From the NCBI RefSeq assembly GCF_006345805.1, contig NC_043014.1, positions 37,200,001 through 37,264,000 on the forward strand: 64,000 bases of DNA, in the 5' to 3' direction. Origin of the DNA: Octopus sinensis. Its lineage: Eukaryota. The first letter of the stretch is position 1. Each line of letters starts with the position of its first letter. Shown one piece after another: positions 13,633-26,516 of the stretch. Under the pieces are notes generated by a model. It was given only the letters and a program-made list of their open reading frames with translations, did not search any database and was not told where the DNA came from. Made by a program: the position numbers and the translations under genes.

Positions 13633-16600
13633 ATGGCACCAAAGTGGGAAAAGAAAGAATTAAATCTTTTGCTGAGAGTATAGACGATTGCTAGTGGCGA
13701 TCCGCCGAACAACATCACCACTGCCGCGCTAAAAAACAATGGATTTCATAGAACCATTAACCAGATAGAGCGGAAGAAAAGTGAGTTTATCCGGTCTTAC
13801 ATGTTTATAAGACCACACATCAAAACACTGGACAACATAATTGAAAATTATTGTGGCAAAGCTGATGAGGATGAAGAGGACGAAAAAGAGAAGGAAGCCG
13901 GAAGTCTCTGTGATCCAGGGGTTCCTCAGGAAAATGGATCACCTACCCCAGTGAACGACCAGGTAGTGAAGGATAGGGGAGCCAAGGGAGCAGAAACCGG
14001 AAACCCCCCTGTACCAGTGGTCCTACGAAGAAATGCAAAATTAGAAAAAAAGGAATGACCGTAAACAAAAAATAAGGAGGGAAAAGGAGGAAAAGGCAAA
14101 ACAGCCAAAGCTGAAAACCCAACCCACCACACAAACAGCAGAGAAACCCATGGAGGATCCAATGCCACCCAGTACACTTCAGGAAAGAAGAAATCTGGAA
14201 GGCACCAAAGAACCTGTAAGTTCTACCTGCGGGGCAAATGTTGGCATGGTGAGGACAGCAAAAACTGCCGGTTCACCCACCCAACACCCCGCCAGAACTT
14301 CAGGGGACTCAAAGAGAAAAACTTTACCGAGGGAACACAAGAAATGTCTCCCAGGAAAACTTTCAAAAACGAAGTGCGCTCCTCAGATGTTCTGCGCAAC
14401 GCAGCAGCTAAGCAAGAGTCTTTTTATGCATGGCACAAAGAATTGTCCGGCAGCTAACCTGGCTACACCAAGCACAGAGAAGGAACCCTGCACACCACTA
14501 TGCAAAACCACCACAGTCAACAGACACGGGATGGCCTCCCCTAACGCCTGCACAGCCATCACCCCAATACTTTTACTAAATATTGGGGGCCTGTTGCATC
14601 AAAATAGAAACAAAATTTCTTTCCTGAGAGATCTTACTGCATGCAATCAAGCCCTATGCATAGCACTTGTGGAAACTCACCTCAACCCTGATATAGGGGG
14701 CACAGAAGTACACATACCAAACTATGCCATACTGCGGACAAACAGAAAGGAAAGGAGCCATGGTGGAGTTGCTGTATACATCCGAGATGACCTCACACCC
14801 CAGGTCTTAACGACATACGGTATGTGACACTTTAATTGTATACATAAGACAACATAATATAATCATATGCACTACATATTGCCCATCGGATCCCCCAAAT
14901 CACACAGGCAAGTTTGAAGATTGCCTCACAAGAATTAAAGAAATCCTCATGAATCTGGAACACCACGTGACCATATTTCTTATGGGTGATTTCAACTTCC
15001 CAACATCAAATGGCCCGAAGGTCACATACTCTCAGGAATGATTCATTGCAAGCAAGTACACGTGGAGTCCCTGCTCAACCTCACCAATGCCTTATTCATG
15101 GAGCAAGTTGTACTTAAGCCAACTAGGGCGAATAACATTCTGGATCTCTGCTTCATGAACAATATGGACATCATTCATGATGTGAAAGTGACACCGACAT
15201 CAGTTTCGGATCACAACATAATAGAGCTGTCTATGTTTGGGCCAAAAGTAACCAGAGACATACAGCCTAAAGGAAGCACCCAAAATCTCTCCAATCTGAA
15301 CTTCCACAAAGCAGATTGGAAATCGATCCAAAAAGAGATCCTCAGAGAGGACTGGCCGGAATGTCTCTCCACACCAGACATTGACATGAAACTAGAATGT
15401 TTCATGTCTTCTGTGCAAGCCGTATGCCAGAAATATATCTCAGAGCACAAGTCCAAAACAAATAGGAGCAAGATTCCAAGAGACAGGAAGATCCTCATAA
15501 GACGACAGACGAAGTTTGCAAATCGTCTCAACCAACATCCCAAAAGTAACGAAATGTCCCACCTAAAAACAATACTGATGGAGATCGAAAAAAGGCTGCA
15601 ACAACCCTAACCCTAACCCTAACCCTAACCCTAACCCTTAACCCTAACCCTAACCCTAACCCTAACCCTAATCCTATGTGAAGGAGAAAGCAGACAAAGA
15701 AGCCTGGGTTATAAAAAACATTAAATCAAACCCAAAGGTCTTCTTTCATTGTGCGAAAGAAACAGTCTCAGTGCACTACAAGATAGGACCCCTCCTCCAT
15801 AAGGATGGCTCCCTCACAGACAGTCCAACTAAGATCAGTGAGATGCTGAATGACCAGTTCAAAAGTGTCTTTACCAGCCCGTTGGAACACAGACAAGTGA
15901 ACGAACCAGTGGACTCCTTTGCCGCCTTACCTATAACCAGCGAGGTGGTTACAATAGAATGTATTGACATTAGCGAGAAAGATGTCCTACTAGCCATAGA
16001 TGAAGTGGACACAAACTCAGCTGCTGGTTCAGATGGTTTCCCAGCCATCCTCCTCAAAGCGTGTAAGCATGCCCTGGCAAAACCCCTCCAGATTCTCTTC
16101 CAGAGCTTTCTTGCGAATGGCAAACTGCCAAGCAAGCTGAAGGAGGGAATAATATGCCCAATACATAAAGGGGGAAGTAGAGCAGATGCCAAAAACTATA
16201 GGCCTATCTCTCTGACTTCACACATCAGCAAGGTCATGGAAAGGATAGTTAGAAAGAAACTAATTGCATTCCTTGAGGAAAATAAGTTGTTGAGTGATAC
16301 CCAGCTCTTACAACATTATGACTGGGTGTTGAGGCAGTTACTCAACAAATCAAATGTGGACGTAATATCCCTTGATTTTGCAAAAGCTTTTGACAAGGTG
16401 GATCATGGTATGATATGCCACAAACTGCGTGACCTCGGCATAGCTGGAAAACTTGGAGTGTGGTTGCATGACTTCCTGAAAGATAGGAGTCAGGCAGTAG
16501 TGGTTAATGGAGCCACCTCTATGAACACACAAAATAGTGAGTGGTGTTCCACAGGGCACTGTCTTGGGACCACTGCTTTTATAGTGGCCTTCTCAGATAT

Positions 16601-17517
16601 GCCCAGATAGCCACTCTGGCCAGCTATGCAGATGATACGAAAGTCTGGCAGAAAATACAGAACCCCAGCAATGTTGCACAACTGCAGTAGGAGTTGGACT
16701 CAATCTACAGATGGGCTGAGGATAATAATATGCAGTTTAATGCTGAAAAATTCCAGGCCCTGCACTACCAGCATCCAAAACTGAATATTAAACTTACAGG
16801 ATACACCGGTCCACAGGGAATTTCAATCCCAGAACCTAAGTCTGTGAGGGACCTGGGTATCGACATGAGTGATGATACCTCTTTCCAAGTGCACATTACC
16901 AGGATGGCGACAAAGTGCAGACGACTGGCTGGGTGGATCCTAAGAACATTCAGAACCAGAGATGAGGAAACCATGATGGTCCTCTGGCAGACATTTGTCC
17001 TCAGCCGCCTGGATTACTGCTCACAGTTATGGTCACCCACCAGTGTAAAATGAACAGCGGACCTTGAAGCAATCCAGAGAAGATTCACAAAGAAGATCAT
17101 CTCTTTGCAACAGCTCAGCTACTGGGAAAGGTTGAAACAGCTAAGACTCTACTCCCTGGAGAGACGACGGGAGAGGTATGCAGTAATGTATGTCTGGAAG
17201 ATCCTGGAAGGAATTGTGCCAAACTTTGGCATTGTAAGCTACACCAATGCTAGAACGGGACGACACTGCATAGTGCCAATGATCCCAACAATGCCATCAC
17301 GCTTCAGGACCAACTTCTGCAACAGCCTGGGTTTCAAGGGCCCACAGCTTTTTAATATTCTCCCAAAGAGTCTGAGGGACTTGCACAAAGTAGATGTAGT
17401 GGTTTTTAAATCAAAGCTGGACATCTTCCTGTCAAGAGTCCCAGATGAACCTACCTCACAGCAAGAGGTGCAAATGAGAGTAGCTATATCAAACTCCATT
17501 CTTCACCAAGTGCTACA
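13633..17517 (+). mobile_element. Near full-length decayed CR1/L2-group LINE (ORF1 with CCCH finger; ORF2 APE endonuclease + RT)
   Basis: ORF1 frame 13633-14457 with in-frame stops and CKFYLRGKCWHGEDSKNCRFTHP; EN motifs (ETHL, GGVAVY, GDFN, PTR.NNILDL, SDHN); RT motifs (NYRPISLTS, LDFAKAFDKV, YADD, RDLG, LDYCSQLWSP, SLERRR). 3' tail missing. Confidence 0.92.
15605..15671 (+). repeat. Interstitial telomeric repeat (CCCTAA)11 inside LINE ORF2
   Basis: 67 bp, 11 units with one CCCTTAA variant, splitting ORF2 between EN and RT. Confidence 0.95.
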
Positions 17518-17950
17518 TAAAACTATTCTTGACTTGTTTTAATTGCACAAAGTATATATTCCAGTTGTGTATCCTGTTGCTGCTGAGTAATTTTCACACT
17601 AGAATGCCTTGGCAGATTTTCAGAACAGCACAACTACATTAGTTGGATTCTCTTATGGGGATTTTCAATTTTTATTTTTTCACACCTTCGCAAATGATGG
17701 GGATGGGGAGTACTTTCCACGAAGAGAATCTTTTGAAAATTTATGATTCCCCACTCCTTCTGGATTGATTTTGTTCAAATTCTTTTTTGGATCAATCACT
17801 TAAAAAGATTTGGAGATGCCTTTGCAGATTAAAAAAGAAAAGGGAAACTTTTTTCAGTTTTTTTCAAACCCCTTTCCCCCCACTTAGTACCCATTTTGGC
17901 CAATGTTTCCCCCACTCAGAACCAATTTTGGCCAACACACTTAAAACGAT

Positions 17951-19676
17951 GGGAAAAACCTTGGCGGTACAAAGCATAAAATTTGGGAAATCAGTGATCA
18001 CCATCACAATTCTCACATTATTTTCAAAGAGAAAATGAAACATAATTTAAAAATAATAAAGAAATTAAAAAAAAATTCCTAACTCTGCCCCTCCATATAT
18101 CCTAACATTTTGGCTTTTTTTAATCACTAGACTACTAATGACCTTTTGGGACACTGATGGTTCAGGTTATAAAACATTGAAGCTGATATCAACATTGCAT
18201 TGAAATGAAAGTTAATTTTATGATGATTCAGTTAAATATTTCAATTCGTTCATGTCATCATAGAACTGGTTCACAAGTTCATGTTTTAAAGCGTCAGATT
18301 CATGATCTCTCCTGCTTCTGACCCTTTCCCTCTGTTCCAGCAGATCCTCAGCCTTTCCTTTTTCAGTCTCATTGATCCTTCTATTCGCATATCTGTCCTG
18401 ATCCTGTTGTTGGCATTCACCACTATACTGCTCACGTTCTTTGGTTCTCTTTAGCCATGCTCTCTTCCCACTATCTACAGACCAACCAGATGTTTTCTTT
18501 CTTCTTCATCAAGACATAATCTAAGAATACAAGATTGTATTTACCATAGAAAAAATTCCTACTACCTCAAAAAATATCTTTTTTAAATCATTACTTAATA
18601 ATGTTCCTAAATAATTAAAATAGTGTCTGTTTAAAGAGGGATAAATATAAATATTTACTCTATAAACAACTTGTATTTTTCAAATCATATTCACTCAGAA
18701 GTACTTTTTAATAAGCTGTACAAATAATTTGTATTTTTTAGGGTTATGTTACTTTTGGAGTATTTTCCCATTATGTGCTGTTTTGGCTATTTATGAAGAG
18801 GCCCCAGAAAACCATATATTTCGGGAATCCATGGTCTGATGGGAAAAACCTTGAAGGTACAAAACATAAAATTTGGGAAATCAGTGATCACCATCACAAT
18901 TCTCACATTATTTTCAAAGAGAAAATGAAACATAATTTTAAAACAATAAAGAAATTTTTTTTAATTTCCTAACTCTGCTCCTCCATATATCCTAACATTT
19001 TGGCTTTTTTTAATCACTAGACTACCAATGACCTTTTGGGATGATGGATGGTTCAGGTTATAAAACATTGAAGCTGATATCAACATTGCATTGAAATGAA
19101 AGTTAATTTTATGATGATTCAGTTAAATATTTCAATTCGTTCATGTCATCATAGGACTGGTTCACAAGTTCATGCTTTAAAGCGTCAGATTCACGAATTC
19201 TCCTGTCTCTGTCTCTTTCCTTCTGTTCCACCAGATGCTCAGCTCTCCAAGCACCTGATTAATGATCTCTCCTGCTTCTGACCCTTTCCTTCTGTTCCAG
19301 CAGATCCTCAGCCCTTCCTTTTTCAGTCTCATTGATCCTTCTATTCGCATAATCTAAGAATACAAGATTGTATTTACCATACAAAAAAAAATTCCTACTA
19401 CCTCAAAAAATATCTTTTTTAAATCATTACTTAATAATGTTCCTAAATAATTAAAATAGTGTCTGTTTAAAGAAAGATAAATATAAATATTTACTCTATA
19501 AACAACTTGTATTTTTCAAATCATATTCACTCAGAAGTACTTTTTAATATGCTGTACAAACAATTTGTATTTTTTAGGGTTATGTTACTTTTGGAGTATT
19601 TTCCCATTATGGGCTGTTTTGGCTATTTATGAAGATGCCCCAAAAAACCATATATTTCGGGAATCCATGGTCTGAT
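17951..19676 (+). repeat. Tandem duplication of ~890/835-bp non-coding unit
   Basis: Units 17951-18840 and 18841-19676 both start gggaaaaaccttg and end ccatggtctgat. Confidence 0.9.
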
Positions 19677-19906
19677 TTAAGCAAAACGTGTTTTATTCCA
19701 TTTGTATTCACATTTCAGAGGTACCTTACTTTCAGAGTATTTTCCCATTATGCACTGGTTTGGCTGTACTAAATTACAGACAAGCATGCATGGAAACAAT
19801 CACAGAGTTTAAGTAGTATATAGATAGTTTCAAAATATGGACAATCCAAATCTGCAATTTGTTTCTATTTATAATTTCAAAATAATTTTCTAATAAAAAG
19901 GTGATT

Positions 19907-20132
19907 TAATGCTTTAGCATTCAGATTCCTGTCAAATGTAATACATACTCATTCACAATGATTTGAACTATTCATGCATTATCTTGTAACTTATAGATTT
20001 CAATGATGTGATTGTTTATGTTTTTAATGACATTGTTGGATAGTTGTGAGTGGCCAGATTAGCAAGTTTGAACATAAAATAAGAAGAAAATTTTGGGCCG
20101 GATATGACTGGTTTAAATGCTATAAAGGGTTA
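19907..20132 (+). mobile_element. piggyBac-like MITE (~225 bp; further copies 35798-36022, 37973-38189)
   Basis: Three similar copies; consensus ends TTAA-CCCTTTAGCATT...AATGCTAAAGGG-TTAA, each copy partly decayed. Confidence 0.65.
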
Positions 20133-20251
20133 AGGGAGATTTAGTTAGTGTTTCTAGCACATCTCACGACCGCCTGATACCATCCACATATCTTTGTCAT
20201 TCTAACATGTATTGATGCTTTTCAATATTTTTCTTTCTGCAGATACATTTT

Positions 20252-21082
20252 TGTTGTGAGAATAATAGTAATAATGGTACACCCGTCCCACAAGATGAGT
20301 GGTATGTGGTAGTCACTATAAATAAGTGACATTGGTTAGTGTAGAGGGAGAGTATGCAGTTGAGGGTTTAGATAGTTGTGGTCTTTACTTGTCTTACTAA
20401 CTATACTGCTACACCAGAGTGGGCATTATAACAATCCCAAATTAAGGATTACAACAGTGGCAACGAGGGTTAGAAGGAATTAACAAACTCAAGTTTTTTT
20501 TGTGTGAATTTTATGGAAGGAAAATAAGTAAAATTATGGAAAATTTGTTGGCCAGTTTGCTTGAGTTGAAAAAACAGCAACAACTGAAAGAACAAAACAG
20601 CAGCAGCTACAACTTCAAGAACAACAGCAGAAGCAACAACAATTACTATTACAGCAACAAATGCTGCAATTAATGAAGAGTAAGTCGTCAGGAAATTCTG
20701 AGAAAATGTTCTTGCTAGATTATATTGCAAACTCAATAACAGAGTTTAAGTATGAACCAGACAAAGGGGTTACCTTTGAGGCGTACTATAGAAGATACAA
20801 ACAAATCTTCAATAAAAAGAGCAAAGATTGGGATGATGATATGAAAATGCGTTTAATCTTGAGAAAACTGGCAGCTAAACATGAACATTACAGCAATTAT
20901 GTACTCCCGAGAAAACCTTCTGACATAAACTTTAAAGATACAAAAGACATGTTGTATAAAATTTTTAGTGAGGAAAGCTTATTGTTCAATATACATTGGA
21001 AATGTTTGAGTCTAGAAAAGAACAACAAGGATGGCTACATCACATATTCTTGAAGAGTTAACAGGGAATGTGAAAAGTTCAC
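20252..21082 (+). mobile_element. Gypsy LTR retrotransposon 5' stub: 205-bp LTR, PBS, gag fragment
   Basis: LTR TGTTGT(20252)...ACAACA(20456), PBS-like TGGCAACGAG at 20458; gag-like ITEFKYEPDKGVTFEAYYRRY...RLILRKL...VNRECEKF; cut by a Helitron-like element. Confidence 0.75.
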
Positions 21083-21085
21083 ATG

Positions 21086-21812
21086 TCTCTGTATATATAA
21101 AAGGCAGGATGTGTGTGTGTGTGTGAATATAATTTATCCACGTCCACAAATTAGCACGCAAGTTGCTTCAATTTTAGGAGGAAATTCATCATGACCCTGG
21201 CTGTATTTTCGTCAACTTATTTTCCCCAGAGGCACCAGCAAATAGCAGTAAAAATAAAATTTCAACCAAAACTTTTAACAATTTTCAAGTCAGAGAAATC
21301 GCCATTGTTTGCAAACAGGAGTTAAGTCCCCTTCTAGCGATGAATAAGTTTTTGTTAAGACTCTTTTTTTTTTCCATTGAAGAAAAATGTTTGATTGAGT
21401 GACGGGCAACACACACAAACAAACATGTATGCATACAAAAAATATGTATGCTATAGGTGTACGTATGAATGTGTGTGTGTGAGTGTTGCCCATATGTATA
21501 TATATATATATATATATATGTGACTGTGGATTTCCACCTCGGCATCCAAAACACAGAGTTTTATCTTGGCTACTGAATAATTGTTACATATTAATTTACA
21601 GATAAATTCCTCTATTTACATAATATTGAGGTCTCTTTCTTTCTTTTGTTATCTTACCGTTTTTTTTACAAATATATATATATAAATAAATCAATTTCAA
21701 CGGATTTTGCCAAAATTTGACGTTGACGTTACTTAGTTTGGTTTGAAATAAAGAACTTGATGAGCTTAATAATCGTAACTTAATCCCAGGCAAAGCCAGA
21801 TTATACTGCTAG
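21086..21812 (+). mobile_element. Non-autonomous Helitron-like element
   Basis: 5' TC-tctgtatatataaaa-(tg)n start, decayed subterminal hairpin, 3' actgCTAG|t end shared with 59288-59678. Confidence 0.55.
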
Positions 21813-21956
21813 TAAATATATCAATTTCTACCAGATCAGTTACCCAGGCAGAGTCAGTCAATCCCATTGTTGTGTGGAACATGTCCAGCCTATCCTTTCT
21901 CAGTCACTACTTTGCTTCAAATTTAATAACTGACTTTCTAGCAGCTAATACTAGAT

Positions 21957-22262
21957 CTACTTCTTGAAGTAGCTCAGAGTTTTCATTGCATATATAAGTG
22001 CTTTGTTGAGGAGGATGGAGTTAATAGAGGCATAGAAGCTGGATATATCCAACTGTGCAAATTTAATTTTCTTTGCTATAATTCTATCAAACCAATTGAT
22101 TGCCTCATATGAACTGTACCAGAGATTTAGTTTTGTCATGTTCCTAAGTGTAGGTATACATTTATCAATAATGTGTTTGCTTCTTCTACCTAAGTCAGAC
22201 TTCGAAGGGTATATTAGCCTAATAGATATGTTAGTGTTAACTAACAAAAATACTAACTCCAC
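21957..22262 (-). mobile_element. Penelope-like RT fragment
   Basis: ...KFAQLDISSFYASINSILLNKALIYA (RT D..FY.SI motif); longer version of 316-537. Confidence 0.8.
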
Positions 22263-22294
22263 TCAGTTCTTTGAGACTGGCCAAAGCTTCTTGA

Positions 22295-22378
22295 GACCCT
22301 GAAGAAGCTGAACTGATAATCATGACAGGTTGCATCTGCAAATGTTAGTAGTCCATGCAGTGGAAACATGTGTAGGTT
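22295..22378 (+). ncRNA. Degenerate type I hammerhead ribozyme motif, antisense to the adjacent PLE RT
   Basis: Stem I gacc/ggtt, core CTGAAGA, stem II GCTG/CAGT with A.G closing mismatch and long insert, GAAAC-atgt-GTA. Confidence 0.55.
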
Positions 22379-22462
22379 ATTGTAATATGCTGTATAAAAT
22401 TGTAAAATAAAATAAAATATATTTTGAGGATGAACAAGTCTCCATACTCTTTATAATTATTA

Positions 22463-22517
<55 letters not shown>

Positions 22518-23049
22518 CAAAGTGAAGTTGTAAGGTACTGCCCGAGTGGAAATATATATAAGAAAGGTTTGAAAATGCAATTTTAAAGATGTTTATTCAC
22601 TTGACCAGTTTCACTTTTTTAGAAAAAAATTGTCAAAAGTAAAACGTAAAGCTTTGTATAAGCTATGTTGCGTTAAGTATTAGTTGTCACAAGAGTATTA
22701 AAATACATACATATATTCTTTGATAATAGAAAGAAAATGTTATAAATAGTTTACAAGAAAGTATTTAAGAAAACATTCAACACAAAGTATTAGGAGTTCA
22801 ATAAAAATCATGTTTGTTTGGTAGTATACACAGGAGATATATTTAAGAGTTTAAAAGAACTTGAGAGGAACCAGCCTAGCATTTTTTATTTTGTGTGTAG
22901 CTAAGGATTGTTTGCTATTTTAAGGGACAGTATGGGACGTTAGTTGGGGTGGGGGGAAGAAGAGCAATGTGGAATTAAAAGGATTTTTTTGTTTCTGGGC
23001 TAGTCTATCATGGTTCAGTGGTTTTTGGGACTGGTCTGAGAGATCAGAA

Positions 23050-24660
23050 TGGTGTGAGTGTGTGTCTCTGTGCACATCTCTATGTGTGTGTATATAAACA
23101 TGTGTTTGTGTGTTTGATTGGTCCCAGAGTTTATTGTGGTGTCTGTAAATGGGTCTGTGTGTGTTTTATATTTGGTAGGATGGTGTGTGTATATGTGTGC
23201 ACGTTTGTGTGTGTATGTGTGATTGATATTTGTTAGGGTGTTGTGTGTGTGTATGTGTTGTTCCCATGTGTGTATGTGTGCGTCTGTGGATGTGTGTGTA
23301 TGTTTGTGTGTGAGTGTGTGTGTACATGAGTGTGAGTGTTTGTGTGTGTCTGTCTGAATATGCTTGTCTTGTTATAATTGTCCTGGTGTTGTGTGTGCGC
23401 ATGTGTGTGTATATGTGTTAGTTCGTGTGTGTGTATGTGTGCATCTGTGTGTGTGTATGTGTGCATCTGTGTGTGTGCACGTGTATGTTTATGTGTTTTG
23501 TGGTGGTGGGGATGTTATGTGTGTGTGCATGAGTGTGTGTGTGTGTGCATGAGTGTGTGTGTGTGCATGAGTGTGTGTGTGTGTGCATGAGTGTGTGTGT
23601 GTGTACGTGAGTGTGTGTGTGTGTGTGTGCATGTGTGTGTGTGAGTGAGTATGTGTGTGTCTCTGTTTGAGTATGTTTGTGTTGTTTTAATTGTCCTTGT
23701 GGTGTGTGTGTGTGCAACCATATGTGTGTGAGGGTGCATATGTATGTGGGCGTGTGTATGCTTGTGTGGTTTGTGTTGGTGGGGATGTTATGTGTGTGTA
23801 CGTGAGTGTGTGTGTTGTGTCTGTCTGAGTATGTTTGTGTTGTTTTAATTGTCCTTGTGGTGTGTGTGTGTGAGGATGCATATGTATGTGTGTGTATGCA
23901 TGGTTGTGTATGTGTGTGTAAGTGTGTTGTATTTATCAGGGGTTCTGTGTGTATGCATGTGTGTTTTGTGTATGTTGGTGCTGAGTATGCATTTGTGTGT
24001 GTGTATATATGTGGGTATGGTTTATGTAGTTTCCGTGTGTGTGTGTGTGTGTGTGCTGCATTTGTGAGTGATTTGTTTTGTTTGTATTGTTAGAGCAGTA
24101 TATGTGTATACGTGTGGGTGTGTTTGTGTGAGTGTGTCTATGTGTCTTGTATTTGTAGGGGAGGTGTGTGTCATTGTGTGTGTGCATGCTTGTGTGTATG
24201 TGTGTTTGTGAGTGTTGTGGTTGTTCAGATTGTATTGTGTGTATATGTGTGTGTTTTTTCTTTTGAGTGTGTGTGTGTGATTTTTTTACTGGGGAATGGA
24301 CATATTGTGTGTGTGTGGGTTGTGTTGTATTTGAATGTTTGTGTGTGTATCTGTGTGTGTGGATGTGTTTGTGTGAATGTTGTTTGTAATTGTCGGGGTG
24401 GTGTGTGTAGGTGTGTGCATGTACATGTTTACATATGTGTGTATGTGTGTGTGAGTGTTGATTATGGTTGCTAGAATCGTATTGCAAGTGTATATATGTA
24501 TGTGTTTTTTCATGGCGTGTGTGTCGGTTTGTGCTCTAGTGTGGGGATATTGTGTTTGTGCATGTGTGTATATGTATGTGTGCGTGTTTGCGTCGGAGGT
24601 TTGCATTGTTTTTGTGTGTGTGCGATTTTGTATATCTATATGTGTTTCTGTGTGTGTTCG
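23050..24660 (+). repeat. Degenerate (TG)n-rich satellite, ~1.6 kb
   Basis: TG dinucleotide mosaic with gcatgagtgtgtgtgtgt subrepeats. Confidence 0.95.
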
Positions 24661-26516
24661 TTTTGGATGTTTACCTGGGGGTATGTTAGAGTGTGTTGAT
24701 AAGGACCTTAGAGAATTTCTTAAGGACTTTTATAATTTGAGCATCGTTTTTGAGAATAATCCTAAAGTGGCAAATTTCCTGGATGTCACTCTCGACCTGA
24801 ATACCAGCTTGCACTACCCCTTCCGAAAACCAAACCAAACTTTCCAATATATCAATGTTTCCTCAAATCATCCCAAATCAACCATCAATAGCATCGTAAC
24901 TGCAATTTCTATCAGAATCTCAAACCTATCGGCGAATGAAAACATCTTTAATCAACACGCTCCAATATACAACAATGCCTTGAAATTGAGTGGGTTCACA
25001 AATAACATTGAATACATACCCAATACCAAATTAAAAATTAAATTGGCCAGCATGGTCAGCAACGATATAAAACGGATTTCGGATGGCAGAGGCTCCCCAC
25101 ATAGTTCCCAAGGAGCTAGCAACAAGCTAATAATGACCAATATTTGTGCTGATAAAAGAAGCTTTGGAAATAGGAAAAATGAATGCGATGTGGTTGGTCT
25201 TGTAAATGGTAACCACGTTAATAAGGCTAATAATGAGATTTGTAAGGATGAAAATACCATGGACGATAACGGTAATGGGAGGGAAGGGGTTACAAAAAAT
25301 ATGAATCATAAATGTGAACTAAGGTGTAAAGTTAGGTTTAGGTCTAATGAAGGTGGTAATAGAAATAAGAATAATACTAGTAGTAATAGAGATATGAATA
25401 TTAGTAATAGATACAGGAGTGCCCTTACATTTAGTACATCAAGCCAAGCAACATATTGTAATCCCACTATTAATACTAAGCCTAGGATTCGTCAAGTTAC
25501 TTGGTTTGCCCCTCCCTTTTCATTAAGGGTGAAAGGTTTACCAAAGCTATTTTTTAAGTTATTGAAGGAAAATTTCCGAAAACACCATAAGTATTATTCA
25601 ATATGTAACAAGTCAACAATCAAGCTGGCCTACTCAGTCACTCCCAATGTCGGATCTATTATTGCTTCGTTGAACAGAAGTAAAATAAGGCGCTATAATG
25701 ATAGAAATGATGACAGAAGCTTTAATGGAAAATTCATTAAAGACATAGAAGAGGGTATTAATATTAATAGTACGTCTTCTGAAATCGATTGTGAAGGGCG
25801 TGTTGGGGTGACAAATAATGTAAATAGTAGAGATAATCATAATACTGATGTCGGTGATGATATTAGTGTTTATAATGATTATCAGGGTGGTCATGATGGT
25901 GTTAATAGTAGTGGAAATTGTAATAAAAATATTAGTAAAAATAAAAATGAAAATAAGAAGAATGGTAATAGTAGGAATAATAATAGAATAATTATACCAG
26001 AAAATAGTACGAACGATGGTGTAGATGATATGGTGGACCCTAGTACTGGGAGTGCGCACGGTTTTGGAGTTATCAATAATACAAGACCCTGTAGCAGGTT
26101 GAAGAAATCTAATTTTAGGGACCCAACTGAATGTCTGATTAGCGGAAATTGTCACCAGGAAAATGTGGTTTATAAATGTAGTGTTGAGGCTCAAGGAGGC
26201 CAGAGAAAAATATATATCAGAAGCACAGTAGACTTTAAGCAGAGGTATCGATCCCACCTGGGCTCCTTCAACAATCCTAAATATAGGACCTCTACAACAC
26301 TGGCAATACATATTAACGACCTCAAGAAAAGGAATGTTGAATTTAAAATATCATGGGCTATCCTTGCGCATGCCTACCCTTATAGAATTGGGTCCACTAG
26401 ATGCAGTTTATGCATAAGGGACGCATACACTATATTGAAAAATTACAACAACGCAGTATTAAATAAGTTCACTGATGCAATACCGGCGTGTATGCATAAG
26501 ATCCACTCAACGTTCT

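Noticed and set aside
12946-13694. Ser/Leu/Pro/Phe-rich ORFs resembling membrane proteins
   Set aside because: Artefact of the polypyrimidine tract, which lacks stop codons.
22590-22695. Hammerhead-like 3' half GAAACtgGTC on minus (also 53494 on plus)
   Set aside because: The upstream half reads GTGACAA rather than CUGANGA and stem II pairing is inconsistent between the two copies.
23018-24680. Many His/Thr- and Cys/Val-rich ORFs, including the first ~75 aa of the 701-aa ORF
   Set aside because: Translations of (TG)n/(CA)n satellite; homology starts only near 24680.
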